Below, piece by piece: positions 35,554 through 44,593 of a stretch of DNA of 64,000 bases (the first letter of the stretch is position 1; the number at the start of each line of letters is the position of its first letter). The translations under genes were made by a program, and so were the position numbers. This stretch comes from an uncultured Pseudomonadales bacterium (GTDB lineage Bacteria > Patescibacteriota > Microgenomatia > UBA1400 > PJMF01). The notes beneath the pieces are model-generated. The model saw nothing but the letters and a program-made list of their open reading frames with translations. It made no database searches and was not told the DNA's origin. The stretch covers positions 34,608 through 98,607 of the forward strand of contig CAYMSV010000003.1 of NCBI GenBank assembly GCA_964393205.1, written 5' to 3'.

Positions 35554-36378
35554 ATGTTAAATAGAAAGACGAGGGCTAGATTTTATCAAAAAGCCCCGGC
35601 TAAATTTTTATTAAAGAAAGCTAAGAGCCTGAGAAAGTTGGCTATTGCTTCTTTTATATTTAGTTTGGTGTTTATGTTTTTAAGCAATCCTTTTCTTACT
35701 CTGGCAAAATTTAAAGATTTACCAAACACACTAAACAGCTCAAAAGCAATCATTGCTAGTATTCCTGAATTTATTAGAGATATACCTCAAGAAGCAGAAA
35801 AAAGTAGCTTTGATTTTTTTGATTGGACAAAGATGCAGTTAGATAATTCTTGGCCAATTTTTGCTAGAGAAACAGTTGAAGAAAATCAAGAGGCTGGTCA
35901 GAGTGCTATCCCTCAAGTTATAGTGGCTCCAGACTACGCCAATTTACCTTTTCATATTGAAATTCCTAGTTTAGAGATTTATGAAGAGGTTCATGCCAAT
36001 ATTAACCCTAATAAACCCTCAGAATATAAGGAAGCTCTAGAAACTGGCGTAGCTCATGCTCGTAATTCAGCTTTTCCTGGACAAGACAAATTAATTTATA
36101 TTTTTGGTCATTCAACCAATGGCTTGTGGAATGTAGAGGCTTACAATGCGGTTTTTTATCAGATTAAGGATTTAGCGCTGGGCGAGCAAATTATTTTACA
36201 TTTAGGTGAAGAGCAGTTCGTTTACCGAGTGAGCGCTCAAGATATTATCCAAAGCAGCGAAGTGGATTTTGTTAATAATCTAAAAGATGAAAACATTTTG
36301 TTATTACAAACCTGTTGGCCTCCGGGCACTACTTGGCAAAGACTTTTTGTCAGTGCGGTGCCAGTGATTATTGAATAA
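35554..36378 (+). CDS. Sortase
   Basis: GVAH, IFGHS and LQTCWPPGTTWQRL (His/Cys/Arg triad). Confidence 0.9.
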   Translation: MLNRKTRARFYQKAPAKFLLKKAKSLRKLAIASFIFSLVFMFLSNPFLTLAKFKDLPNTLNSSKAIIASIPEFIRDIPQEAEKSSFDFFDWTKMQLDNSWPIFARETVEENQEAGQSAIPQVIVAPDYANLPFHIEIPSLEIYEEVHANINPNKPSEYKEALETGVAHARNSAFPGQDKLIYIFGHSTNGLWNVEAYNAVFYQIKDLALGEQIILHLGEEQFVYRVSAQDIIQSSEVDFVNNLKDENILLLQTCWPPGTTWQRLFVSAVPVIIE

Positions 36379-36461
36379 TATCCCATAATGTTGACAATAT
36401 AATATTATAAATATATAATATATAGTCCAATATATATAAAAGTAGTTTTTTAAAGACTAAT

Positions 36462-37139
36462 ATGAAAAAAATAATTTCTTACCTTTTAATAGCCACTGGC
36501 TTTTTATTGTTTTTCGCAAATCTAGCTAGCGCCAAAGAATGTCGTACTGTTTACGGTGGTGGTGAAGTTTGTGAAACCGGCAGCATTAGTTTAGATAAAA
36601 AGGTTTTTAATCCAAAAGCTGAACAATATTGGGATAATATTGCTGCTAGTTCTTATGCTTTTTCTCCAAAAGAAGAAGTTAAGTTTAGTTTAAGAATCAA
36701 AAATATTTCAGATATTAAAGTTGACAGCGTTCGTTTAGATGACGACTTCGCTCGCTTAATTGATTACATGATTTATGTAAGTAGTGATAAAGGCGATTAT
36801 GAAGTTGAAGTCAAAGATAATGTTATTAAATTTAAGCTTGGTGATTTAGATGGCAAAGAAGAGCTTACAGTTTACTTTACAGCTCGTTTCAAAGACGCAG
36901 ATGAATTACCAGTCGGTACCACTTGTATTACTAATGTAGCTCGCGCTTATTCTGATGAAGATAATTTAAGCGATACCGATTATGCTAGTTTTTGTGTCAA
37001 GACCGATGAGGCTAAAATTGTTACTGAAGTCACTCCAGACACTGGTTTTGATTTAAGCACTATTTTAGCTCTAGAAGCGATGGCTTTAGCTGGTTTAGGT
37101 GCTTTTGCCCTAACTAAGTCAAAGAAAATCAGTAAATAA
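36462..37139 (+). CDS. Secreted DUF11-like protein with TPDTG sorting signal (probable sortase substrate)
   Basis: Signal peptide; C-terminal TPDTG, hydrophobic helix and KSKKISK tail. Confidence 0.8.
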   Translation: MKKIISYLLIATGFLLFFANLASAKECRTVYGGGEVCETGSISLDKKVFNPKAEQYWDNIAASSYAFSPKEEVKFSLRIKNISDIKVDSVRLDDDFARLIDYMIYVSSDKGDYEVEVKDNVIKFKLGDLDGKEELTVYFTARFKDADELPVGTTCITNVARAYSDEDNLSDTDYASFCVKTDEAKIVTEVTPDTGFDLSTILALEAMALAGLGAFALTKSKKISK

Positions 37140-37161
37140 TTAGCATTTTTTAATTGAATTG

Positions 37162-37192
37162 AAAAACCCCTCTTCAAAAAAGAGGGGTTTTT
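37162..37192 (+). terminator. Intrinsic terminator
   Basis: AAAAACCCCTCTT-CAAAA-AAGAGGGGTTTTT. Confidence 0.8.
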
Positions 37193-37271
37193 AATAGGGT
37201 TTTAAAATTTGCATCTGGTTTTTCCTTTTTTATAGAGCACTTATAAAACAAAGAATTAACATCCCATAATA

Positions 37272-37300
37272 TTGACAAAAATGACTTTAATTGATATACT
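37272..37300 (+). promoter_or_regulatory. Near-consensus sigma70 promoter
   Basis: TTGACA-N17-TATACT. Confidence 0.8.
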
Positions 37301-37319
37301 TCTATCTAGTTATGATAAC

Positions 37320-37620
37320 TTTTTAGTAGAGAGCAGGCCTCGATGTAATAATGCTTGTTTCTTGAAACACATTTCTTCATCAAAGTCTTTTCTCTGCTCG
37401 AAAGAGTAGAAGAAGGAGCTCTTTAAGCAGCTCTTAAAACCCGGAAATTGCTTCTGGAGTTTTGATTAGCTTACTAAAGAGACGCACCTTAACAATTGGA
37501 GGAAAATGCTTTAGGCATTTAGGTCCAGCTTTTGTGACAATCATTGCAATGAATGGTTGTTAGAGAAGCTGGTCCTTCGTGCCGAAAGGCAAAGGGACGA
37601 GTCGGTGACCACTGACGCCC
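37320..37620 (+). ncRNA. Long multi-hairpin structured RNA or 5' leader of unknown class
   Basis: At least five consecutive stem-loops with G-U pairs and a GAAA tetraloop. Confidence 0.55.
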
Positions 37621-37655
37621 ATGTGGAGATTTTAACCTATAAAAAGGAGAATACC

Positions 37656-38174
37656 GTGCGTACAAAAATTTTTTTTGTTGTATTTGTTCTGGCCAGCATC
37701 ATGCTGGCAGCCTGCGGCGCGAAAGATGTGCCTACAGGTGATGAATTAAGCACTGAGCTAACTGAGCCGCGGGTAGTGGTGGTAACAGCCACTCCTGCTC
37801 CAGTCAAATTAGCTGGAATCGATGGGCTCGAAAGTCCTCGTTTGCACCATGCAGGGGAACACCCCGCTGGAGAATCCAGTGTTGGTATGTTTGACATTGG
37901 AGTAAACGAAGGTCAGTATGGCCTGGTGTTTGGTTGGAACCTTGCTTGGGGTGCACAAAGTATCCCCGGTGAAGGCTGTGAACTCGTTGTTCTCGTATCA
38001 GGATGGTATGAGGACTTTGAGATTACAGATGGTCGTTACGAGGTTTATGACCTCCCGGCGGCCGATCCCTCTGGTTGGGCAGAAGTTTTGCTCAGCCAAC
38101 GGATAGAAGAGCAGGCCACCCACTATGGATGTCCCGCTGATAAAGTCCCCCCAGTTTGGGAGGGTGGCAAATAG
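37656..38174 (+). CDS. GC-rich lipoprotein
   Basis: AAGGAG SD before GTG; lipobox LAAC; VVVTATP linker. Confidence 0.8.
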   Translation: MRTKIFFVVFVLASIMLAACGAKDVPTGDELSTELTEPRVVVVTATPAPVKLAGIDGLESPRLHHAGEHPAGESSVGMFDIGVNEGQYGLVFGWNLAWGAQSIPGEGCELVVLVSGWYEDFEITDGRYEVYDLPAADPSGWAEVLLSQRIEEQATHYGCPADKVPPVWEGGK

Positions 38175-38192
38175 CCACCCTCGATCCTCCAA

Positions 38193-38222
38193 TTCCCGCG
38201 AGTCGTAAAAAGCTCGCGGGAA
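38193..38222 (+). terminator. Stem-loop after the lipoprotein gene
   Basis: TTCCCGCGAG-N10-CTCGCGGGAA. Confidence 0.6.
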
Positions 38223-38267
38223 ACCTTAAGTTCATAATCGCATATCAGTTTGTGAATTTAAGGTTTC
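38220..38267 (+). repeat. Stand-alone hairpin homologous to the tRNA anticodon insertion
   Basis: GAAACCTTAAGTTCATAATCGCATATCAGTTTGTGAATTTAAGGTTTC versus CTTAAGATCATAAGCTTATCAGTTTGTGTTTTTAAC at 31825-31860. Confidence 0.75.
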
Positions 38268-38281
38268 TTGTCTTTTAAAAT

Positions 38282-39148
38282 ATGAAAACTGTCAAAGAAC
38301 AAACACTAGTTTCAATTCTAATGCCTGTTTATAATGCTGAGAAATATCTCAGCAAGACGTTAGAAAGCATTCAATCTCAAACATATAAAAATTGGGAGTT
38401 ATTTGCTATTGATGATTGGTCAACTGATCGATCTTATAGCATTTTATTAGATTTTGCTAAAAAAGATAAAAGAATTAAGCTTTATAGAAATGGTAAGCAT
38501 CGAGGGGTCGCTGGAGCTGCTAATTTGGCTTTATCAATGATTAAAAGTGATTATGTAGCTCGAATGGATGCTGATGACCTAATGCATCCTGAGAGAATTG
38601 CTAAGCAACTTAAATTCTTAAAAGCAAATCCAAGTGTTGTAATTGTTGGTTCACAATGCCTTTTGATCGATCAAGATGGTCAAAAAATTGGTGAAAAAAA
38701 GTTTCCAATGAAGAATGAGGATATCATGAAGATGATTTTTCGCTCAATCCCTATTCAACAACCATCCATGATGATTAATAGAGTTTTGTTGCCAAAAGAT
38801 TTTATTGCTTATGATAAAAGCAAAAACACTGCTGAAGAAGTAGGTCTACTTTTTAAGCTTTTTGAATATGGTGAGGCTGCTAACTTACCCGATTTTTTAC
38901 ACTTTTATCGTTTGCACGATAAAAACACTTCTCTTACAAATCCAAAAAAAACATTTTATTTAACATTTTTAACCCGCTTAAAATATGCCCATCAGGCCAG
39001 TTTTAGTGATTTATTTTTAAATTTTGTACAGTTAGTGATTGTTTTTATTTTGCCTAAAAAACTAATTTTTCCTTTATATAATTTGTGGCGTAATAATAAG
39101 CTGTTAAATTTAAGTGTTCCTTCCCTTACTCGACTTTTCAAAATATAA
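38282..39148 (+). CDS. Glycosyltransferase family 2
   Basis: VSILMPVYNAEKYL, DDWSTD and RMDADD motifs. Confidence 0.93.
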   Translation: MKTVKEQTLVSILMPVYNAEKYLSKTLESIQSQTYKNWELFAIDDWSTDRSYSILLDFAKKDKRIKLYRNGKHRGVAGAANLALSMIKSDYVARMDADDLMHPERIAKQLKFLKANPSVVIVGSQCLLIDQDGQKIGEKKFPMKNEDIMKMIFRSIPIQQPSMMINRVLLPKDFIAYDKSKNTAEEVGLLFKLFEYGEAANLPDFLHFYRLHDKNTSLTNPKKTFYLTFLTRLKYAHQASFSDLFLNFVQLVIVFILPKKLIFPLYNLWRNNKLLNLSVPSLTRLFKI

Positions 39149-42100
39149 TTTAATACTGATGATGTTTAAAAAAAAGTTTGTTTTTCCATTTTTATCAGTG
39201 TTTCTTGTTTTTATTCTTTTATTATTTAATTTCAGTTCCGGCACTTTTTTAATTGGTTGGGACAATTTACAAACGGATTTAAATCCAGTTCTTAATTTTA
39301 AGAGAGCTTTAAACGTTTCTTGGCAAGAATATCAGGGGCTTGGATTGCTAGGAGGAATGGGGCATGGGGCAGACTTGATTCGCCAAATGATCCTTATCCC
39401 TTTTTCTCTAGTTTTAAATCAAAACTTACTGCGATATTTTTGGAATTTTTTCGCTCTAGCAATTGGTGTTTTGGGTTTTTATTCTTTACTTACTTACTTG
39501 ACAAAAAATAAACAAGCCTCCTTTTTAGGAGCTTGTTTCTATCTTTTAAATATTGGGACAATGCAAAATTTTTATGTTACATTTGAACCTTTTTCTTCTT
39601 TTTTTGCATTTTTACCATGGTTAATTTATTTTTTATTTAAATATTTAAATAAAGCGAAGAAAAAAACATTATTGATGTTTTTCTTCTTGTCTTTATTAGG
39701 TACAAGCTTTGCTTATGTGCAAACCACATTTTTAGTTTATTTAATTTTATTAGCGATCATTTTGTTATTTTATATTTTCAAAAAGAATATTGTTTCTAAA
39801 AAAGAGAAAGCTCTTAATTCTTTAAAAATTTTAATTATAGTTTTTTTAACAAATGCTTTTTGGCTTTTACCGCTGTCATTGTTTACTTTGAAAAATATTG
39901 ATACAACGATCAAGGCTAAAGGTAATCTGATGACTACGGAGCCTGTATTTTTACGCAACAATAAATTTGGTAACTTTCGTGATCTTATTCAACTAAAAGG
40001 CTATTGGTTCGATTTTACTGATTTTGATCAATGGGGTAATGCAGTTTTTTTACTTGAAGACTGGAAAGTTCATTTTCAAAATCCCCTGATTACTTCTTTT
40101 TCTTTTATTTATTTTGCCCTATTATTACTGGGAATTACTTCTATTTTTACTTTAAAAAAGTTACCTAGTGCAATGAAACGAGCGCGTTACTCGATTCTGG
40201 CTTTGTTTTTATTCTCTTGTTTTATTCTTCTTGGCTCTAACCCACCATTTGGATTTATTTATGACTTTTTACGTGAAAACTTGCCTCTTTTTGGCCAAGT
40301 TTTTCGCTCCTCTTTCACCAAATGGATTGTGCCCTACAGTCTTTTTTATAGCTTGCTCTTAACTTTTGGTTTAGCTTTCCTTTTCAGCATTTTTAAAAAG
40401 AAGATTTGGCAGCGCCTAGTAGCCGGAGCCTTTTTTCTTTCTCTAATTTTCTATTCCCTACCTAGTTTTACTGGTAATTTCTTTTATTCTCGTCTTAGGA
40501 TAGCAGTTCCTGATGCTTATTTTCAGTTATTTGATTATTTTAAAGACGAGGCTCCACAAAGTAGCAGGATTGCTAATTTACCCCAACACTCTTTTTATGG
40601 TTGGCAATGGAATGATTGGGGTTATCGAGGCTCTGGATTTATTTGGTACGGTATTAAACAGCCCATTTTAGATCGAGCTTTTGATGTTTGGAGTGAGGCC
40701 AGTGAGCGTTATTACTGGCAATTACAGGCGGCTTTGGATAAAAAAGATATTGGTGCGCTGGAAAATGTTTTAGCCCAATACGATGTTGATTATTTACTGC
40801 TTGATGGGTCGATTATCAACCGTAACACCAAGAAGCCTTTTAATTATCAAGCGATAAAAGATCTCTTACTTAGTTCGGAACAGATTAAACTAGTCGAAGA
40901 ATTTGATTTTATTAGTTTATATACTTTTAGCGATTCAGAAAAAAGTCGTGAAAAGAATTTTATTAGTTTGTATAAAGATTTACCAATTATAGTTAATGAT
41001 TATCGTTTTACTTGGGAAGATAAAGCTTTCATAAGTTTTCACGACTATTTGAATAAAGAAAATATTGATCAAGCTGAAGTAATATTTCTCTTTTCTTCAT
41101 TGTTTAGCAATCATTTACAAAAAGATTTGGAATTTACTTTGGGTGAAGATGATAACTATTTTTATTTAACTAATTTAAGAGATTCTAGCGCTAATAACTT
41201 TCAACTTAATTTGCCAGATCTATTGGGTACTGAAACTCACCTGCCATTTCGTTTATCCTGGTTGACGGACGAGAATATGGTGAAATTAAACTTTACTTTG
41301 CTAGCTCCAGAAATTGATAGCGCCAAACAAAAAATCAATTTTAACTTAGTAGAAGACTTTGTTTTTAACATTTCACCATGTTCAAGCAGTGAAGTTTGTT
41401 ATATCAATATAAACAACCAGCTAATTAGCCAGATCAATGAAGGTGGTGAGCTTGATTTGCTGTTAAATACCGATTTACCAAACACTATTGCTTTAAGTAC
41501 CGATTCAAAAATTGACTATTTTGACTTTGCTTTTTTTGATTTAGAACTTGAAGGCATAGAAATTACTAAGGAGGTTTTGCCAGAAAACCCTGGCTTTAGA
41601 GTCAAAATCCCAAAAATTTTATTGCAAAGCAACCTTTTAGAAACCGAACTTAATTTGAGTGAGGCCGAGGACTGTCGGCCGCTACAAGAAGGTTTTGTTG
41701 CTAAAGAACAGCGCTCTGAGGGCAATTATTATCGCTCAGTTGACACCAGTGTTTGCGATCACTTTTATTTAGAAAATTTAGATCACTCTGTTGGCTATTT
41801 GTTTAAATTAAAAGCGCAAAATATTAGCAGTTTGCCCTTGGTTTTTGCTGTCCAAGCAGATAGTTTAGGGCGCAGTCCACTGGAGACTTATTTAAGTGAA
41901 GGTGTAAATTACCAAATTTTGCCTCCAACGGAAGAGTTTAATCAGGGCTATACTTTGTATTTTTCTACTGATTCCTATGGTAGAGAAGTTAATGAAAACC
42001 TTTTAGAGTCGGCAGAAGTGTTTTTTTGGCCATATCATTTTTTGAAAAATATTGCTTTGCAAAATATAGACAGGGATTTTTTTAAAAATGAAATGGTTAA

Positions 42101-42434
42101 TTGTGACTTTGAAGTCAAAAAAAGTGCTCTTTGGTTATATCGAGTGAGCTTGAGTAGCAATTGTGATGCTAATTATTTAAAGCTATCTCAAGCTTATGAT
42201 AGTGGCTGGTTAGCATATCAAGCTGGGCAAAGACTTGAGCATCGAAAACTTAATAATTGGGCTAATGCTTGGATTTTAAATAATCAAGACAGCGATTCTC
42301 TAATTTATATTTTTTATTGGCCACAATTTTTACAATATTTTGGCTTCTTAGCAATTGCGCTTGGTTTCATTGGAATATTTTATTGTGACAGAAAGAAGCC
42401 TATTACTGATTTAGACAAAAAAACTAATCAGTAA
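39114..42434 (+). CDS. Large polytopic membrane protein (GT-C/YfhO-like)
   Basis: About 12 N-terminal TM helices, large extracellular region, QAYDSGW...NNWANAW motif, C-terminal TM. Confidence 0.7.
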   Translation: MFLPLLDFSKYNLILMMFKKKFVFPFLSVFLVFILLLFNFSSGTFLIGWDNLQTDLNPVLNFKRALNVSWQEYQGLGLLGGMGHGADLIRQMILIPFSLVLNQNLLRYFWNFFALAIGVLGFYSLLTYLTKNKQASFLGACFYLLNIGTMQNFYVTFEPFSSFFAFLPWLIYFLFKYLNKAKKKTLLMFFFLSLLGTSFAYVQTTFLVYLILLAIILLFYIFKKNIVSKKEKALNSLKILIIVFLTNAFWLLPLSLFTLKNIDTTIKAKGNLMTTEPVFLRNNKFGNFRDLIQLKGYWFDFTDFDQWGNAVFLLEDWKVHFQNPLITSFSFIYFALLLLGITSIFTLKKLPSAMKRARYSILALFLFSCFILLGSNPPFGFIYDFLRENLPLFGQVFRSSFTKWIVPYSLFYSLLLTFGLAFLFSIFKKKIWQRLVAGAFFLSLIFYSLPSFTGNFFYSRLRIAVPDAYFQLFDYFKDEAPQSSRIANLPQHSFYGWQWNDWGYRGSGFIWYGIKQPILDRAFDVWSEASERYYWQLQAALDKKDIGALENVLAQYDVDYLLLDGSIINRNTKKPFNYQAIKDLLLSSEQIKLVEEFDFISLYTFSDSEKSREKNFISLYKDLPIIVNDYRFTWEDKAFISFHDYLNKENIDQAEVIFLFSSLFSNHLQKDLEFTLGEDDNYFYLTNLRDSSANNFQLNLPDLLGTETHLPFRLSWLTDENMVKLNFTLLAPEIDSAKQKINFNLVEDFVFNISPCSSSEVCYININNQLISQINEGGELDLLLNTDLPNTIALSTDSKIDYFDFAFFDLELEGIEITKEVLPENPGFRVKIPKILLQSNLLETELNLSEAEDCRPLQEGFVAKEQRSEGNYYRSVDTSVCDHFYLENLDHSVGYLFKLKAQNISSLPLVFAVQADSLGRSPLETYLSEGVNYQILPPTEEFNQGYTLYFSTDSYGREVNENLLESAEVFFWPYHFLKNIALQNIDRDFFKNEMVNCDFEVKKSALWLYRVSLSSNCDANYLKLSQAYDSGWLAYQAGQRLEHRKLNNWANAWILNNQDSDSLIYIFYWPQFLQYFGFLAIALGFIGIFYCDRKKPITDLDKKTNQ

Positions 42435-42451
42435 TTTGCTATACTAGAGAA

Positions 42452-44593
42452 GTGCTAAAAAATCACATCCTGCTTAAGGTTAAAACCAGCAAAGACAGCC
42501 AAGAGACTGAGGAGTCAGCTGTTCAACTTTTTTCTACCCTGCCTAAGTTAAAAAATAAGCTGACTGATAAGCTGCTGGGTAAAAACGAAAGACTTAGTTT
42601 TGAAATCTTGGTTAGAGAACAAAATATTCATTTTTTAGTTTGTGTCCCCCTGCGCCTTTTAGAATATTTTAAAGGAGCTATTCATGCTAGTTATCCAGAA
42701 GCAGTAATTGAAGAACTTGCTTATGATCCAGCAATTTGGTTTTTTGCTAAAAACTACCAAGTGTCTGTGGCTAGTCTTAAATTAAAAAATAAGAGTTATT
42801 TGCCCCTTAAAACTTACAAAGATTTTAAGGACATTGATCCATTATCAACTTTAATGTCTACTCTATCTAAAAACGAAGGTCAAGATACTATTTTGATCCA
42901 AATGCTTTTAAACAATCAAGTTAGTGTTTGGTCAAAAAGCTATCAGGCTTCTATTGAAGAGTTAGAAAATCATCCACAAAAGAAGTTGATTGGTCAAAAA
43001 ATGGAACAACGATCGCTCAAAGTTGCTTTTAAAATAGCGGTTGCCACAGATAATCGGCAAAAAAGCAAGCTAATTTTAGATAACATCGCTGCGGCCTATC
43101 AAGCCATGTCTCAGAGTGAGAGCAATGCTTTGCTTTTAAAGAAAAGACATTTTTTTAAAAAATCTTTTCTCAAAAAAATGCAAGAGCGAAGTTTCAGCGC
43201 TTCGCCGAATTTAAACTTAAGTTTAGATGAATTGGCCACTCTTTATCATTTTCCCAGTCAAAAATTAAGTAATATTACTAATATATCTTGGGGTAAAAAA
43301 TTACTTGGTGAGGCTCCAGAAAACTTGCCGACTATCACCCGCGACAGTTCAGTTCAAAGAAAAAAGGATATTAATATTATTGGTGAAACAGTTTATAAAA
43401 ATCGTCTAACTAAGTATGGTTTATGGAGTGAAGATCGCCGCCGCCATGTTTATGTAATTGGTAAGACTGGCACCGGTAAATCTACTTTATTGGCTAATAT
43501 GGCAATTAATGACCTCAAGCACAATGAAGGAATGTGTGTAATTGATCCTCATGGTGATCTGGTAGAAACTTTACTCGATTTTATTCCTAAGCATCGAATT
43601 AACGACGTGGTTTATTTTGATCCAGCAGATACTGAAAGAACGGTGCAAATCAATCTTTTTGAAGGAGAAAATGTGGTGCATCGTGAGCTAATTGCCTCTG
43701 GCATTATTTCTGTTTTTAAAAAGCTCTATGGCTATTCTTGGGGGCCAAGGTTGGAATATATTTTGCGTAATTGCTTACTAACCTTGCTTAAAAGTCCAGA
43801 AGCAAAATTGTCAGATATTTTAGACTTATTAACCAATGAAAAATTTCGCGAAAAAGTAGTTAACAAACTTGATGATCCAATTTTGAAAAACTTTTGGGTC
43901 AATGAATATAACAAAATGCATGATCGTCAACGCCAAGAACAAATTGCTTCAATCCTCAATAAAGTTGGTCAATTTGTTTCTTCACCACTGGTGCGCAATG
44001 TGGTTAATACCACTCAGTCTTCTTTCAGCATCGAAGAACTAATGAGTCAGGGCAAAATTTTATTAATAAATTTATCTCAAGGTCGCTTAGGTGAAGATAA
44101 TGCTACCCTTTTGGGTGCGATGATGATTACCAAGATTCAGTTAGCAGCTATGGGTAGAGTTAATGTTAGTGAAGATAAGCGACCCGACTTTTATCTCTAC
44201 GTTGACGAGTTTCAAAATTTTGCCACCGATGCTTTTATTAAGATTCTTTCCGAAGCTCGTAAATATCATCTTAATTTAACTTTAGCCAATCAATATATAG
44301 ATCAAATTCCCGAAGAGGTGCGCAATGCTATTTTTGGCAACTGTGGCAACATCATTAGTTTTGTAATGGGAGCTGGTGATGCTAGTTATTTTCAGGCTGA
44401 ATATGGAGGACTTTATACTCAAGACGATTTAGTTAATTTAGATAAATATCAAATTATTAATAAAATTTCTATCAATAATGTTTTGAGTAGGCCGTTTCCT
44501 GCTTATACTTTGCCTCTAGCTAAGAGTAGCAACCGAAATCGAGAAAAAGTAATTCGCAACAGTCGGGAGCGATACGCTAAAAAGAGAAATTAG
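42452..44593 (+). CDS. VirD4/TraD-like coupling ATPase
   Basis: RRHVYVIGKTGTGKS, IDPHGD, LYVDEFQNF and SEARKY motifs. Confidence 0.9.
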   Translation: MLKNHILLKVKTSKDSQETEESAVQLFSTLPKLKNKLTDKLLGKNERLSFEILVREQNIHFLVCVPLRLLEYFKGAIHASYPEAVIEELAYDPAIWFFAKNYQVSVASLKLKNKSYLPLKTYKDFKDIDPLSTLMSTLSKNEGQDTILIQMLLNNQVSVWSKSYQASIEELENHPQKKLIGQKMEQRSLKVAFKIAVATDNRQKSKLILDNIAAAYQAMSQSESNALLLKKRHFFKKSFLKKMQERSFSASPNLNLSLDELATLYHFPSQKLSNITNISWGKKLLGEAPENLPTITRDSSVQRKKDINIIGETVYKNRLTKYGLWSEDRRRHVYVIGKTGTGKSTLLANMAINDLKHNEGMCVIDPHGDLVETLLDFIPKHRINDVVYFDPADTERTVQINLFEGENVVHRELIASGIISVFKKLYGYSWGPRLEYILRNCLLTLLKSPEAKLSDILDLLTNEKFREKVVNKLDDPILKNFWVNEYNKMHDRQRQEQIASILNKVGQFVSSPLVRNVVNTTQSSFSIEELMSQGKILLINLSQGRLGEDNATLLGAMMITKIQLAAMGRVNVSEDKRPDFYLYVDEFQNFATDAFIKILSEARKYHLNLTLANQYIDQIPEEVRNAIFGNCGNIISFVMGAGDASYFQAEYGGLYTQDDLVNLDKYQIINKISINNVLSRPFPAYTLPLAKSSNRNREKVIRNSRERYAKKRN

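Noticed and set aside
37499-37512. GAGGAAAATGC as the RNase P RNA P4 motif
   Set aside because: It deviates from GAGGAAAGTCC and no matching 3' AAnnCGGCTTA segment was found
37557-37655. ORF-track N-terminal extension of the lipoprotein
   Set aside because: It overlaps the structured RNA; the SD and signal peptide support GTG at 37656
42452-44593. VirD4-like ATPase as evidence of a conjugative element
   Set aside because: No relaxase, VirB4 or mating-pair genes are nearby; stand-alone copies appear to be ordinary chromosomal genes in this kind of genome
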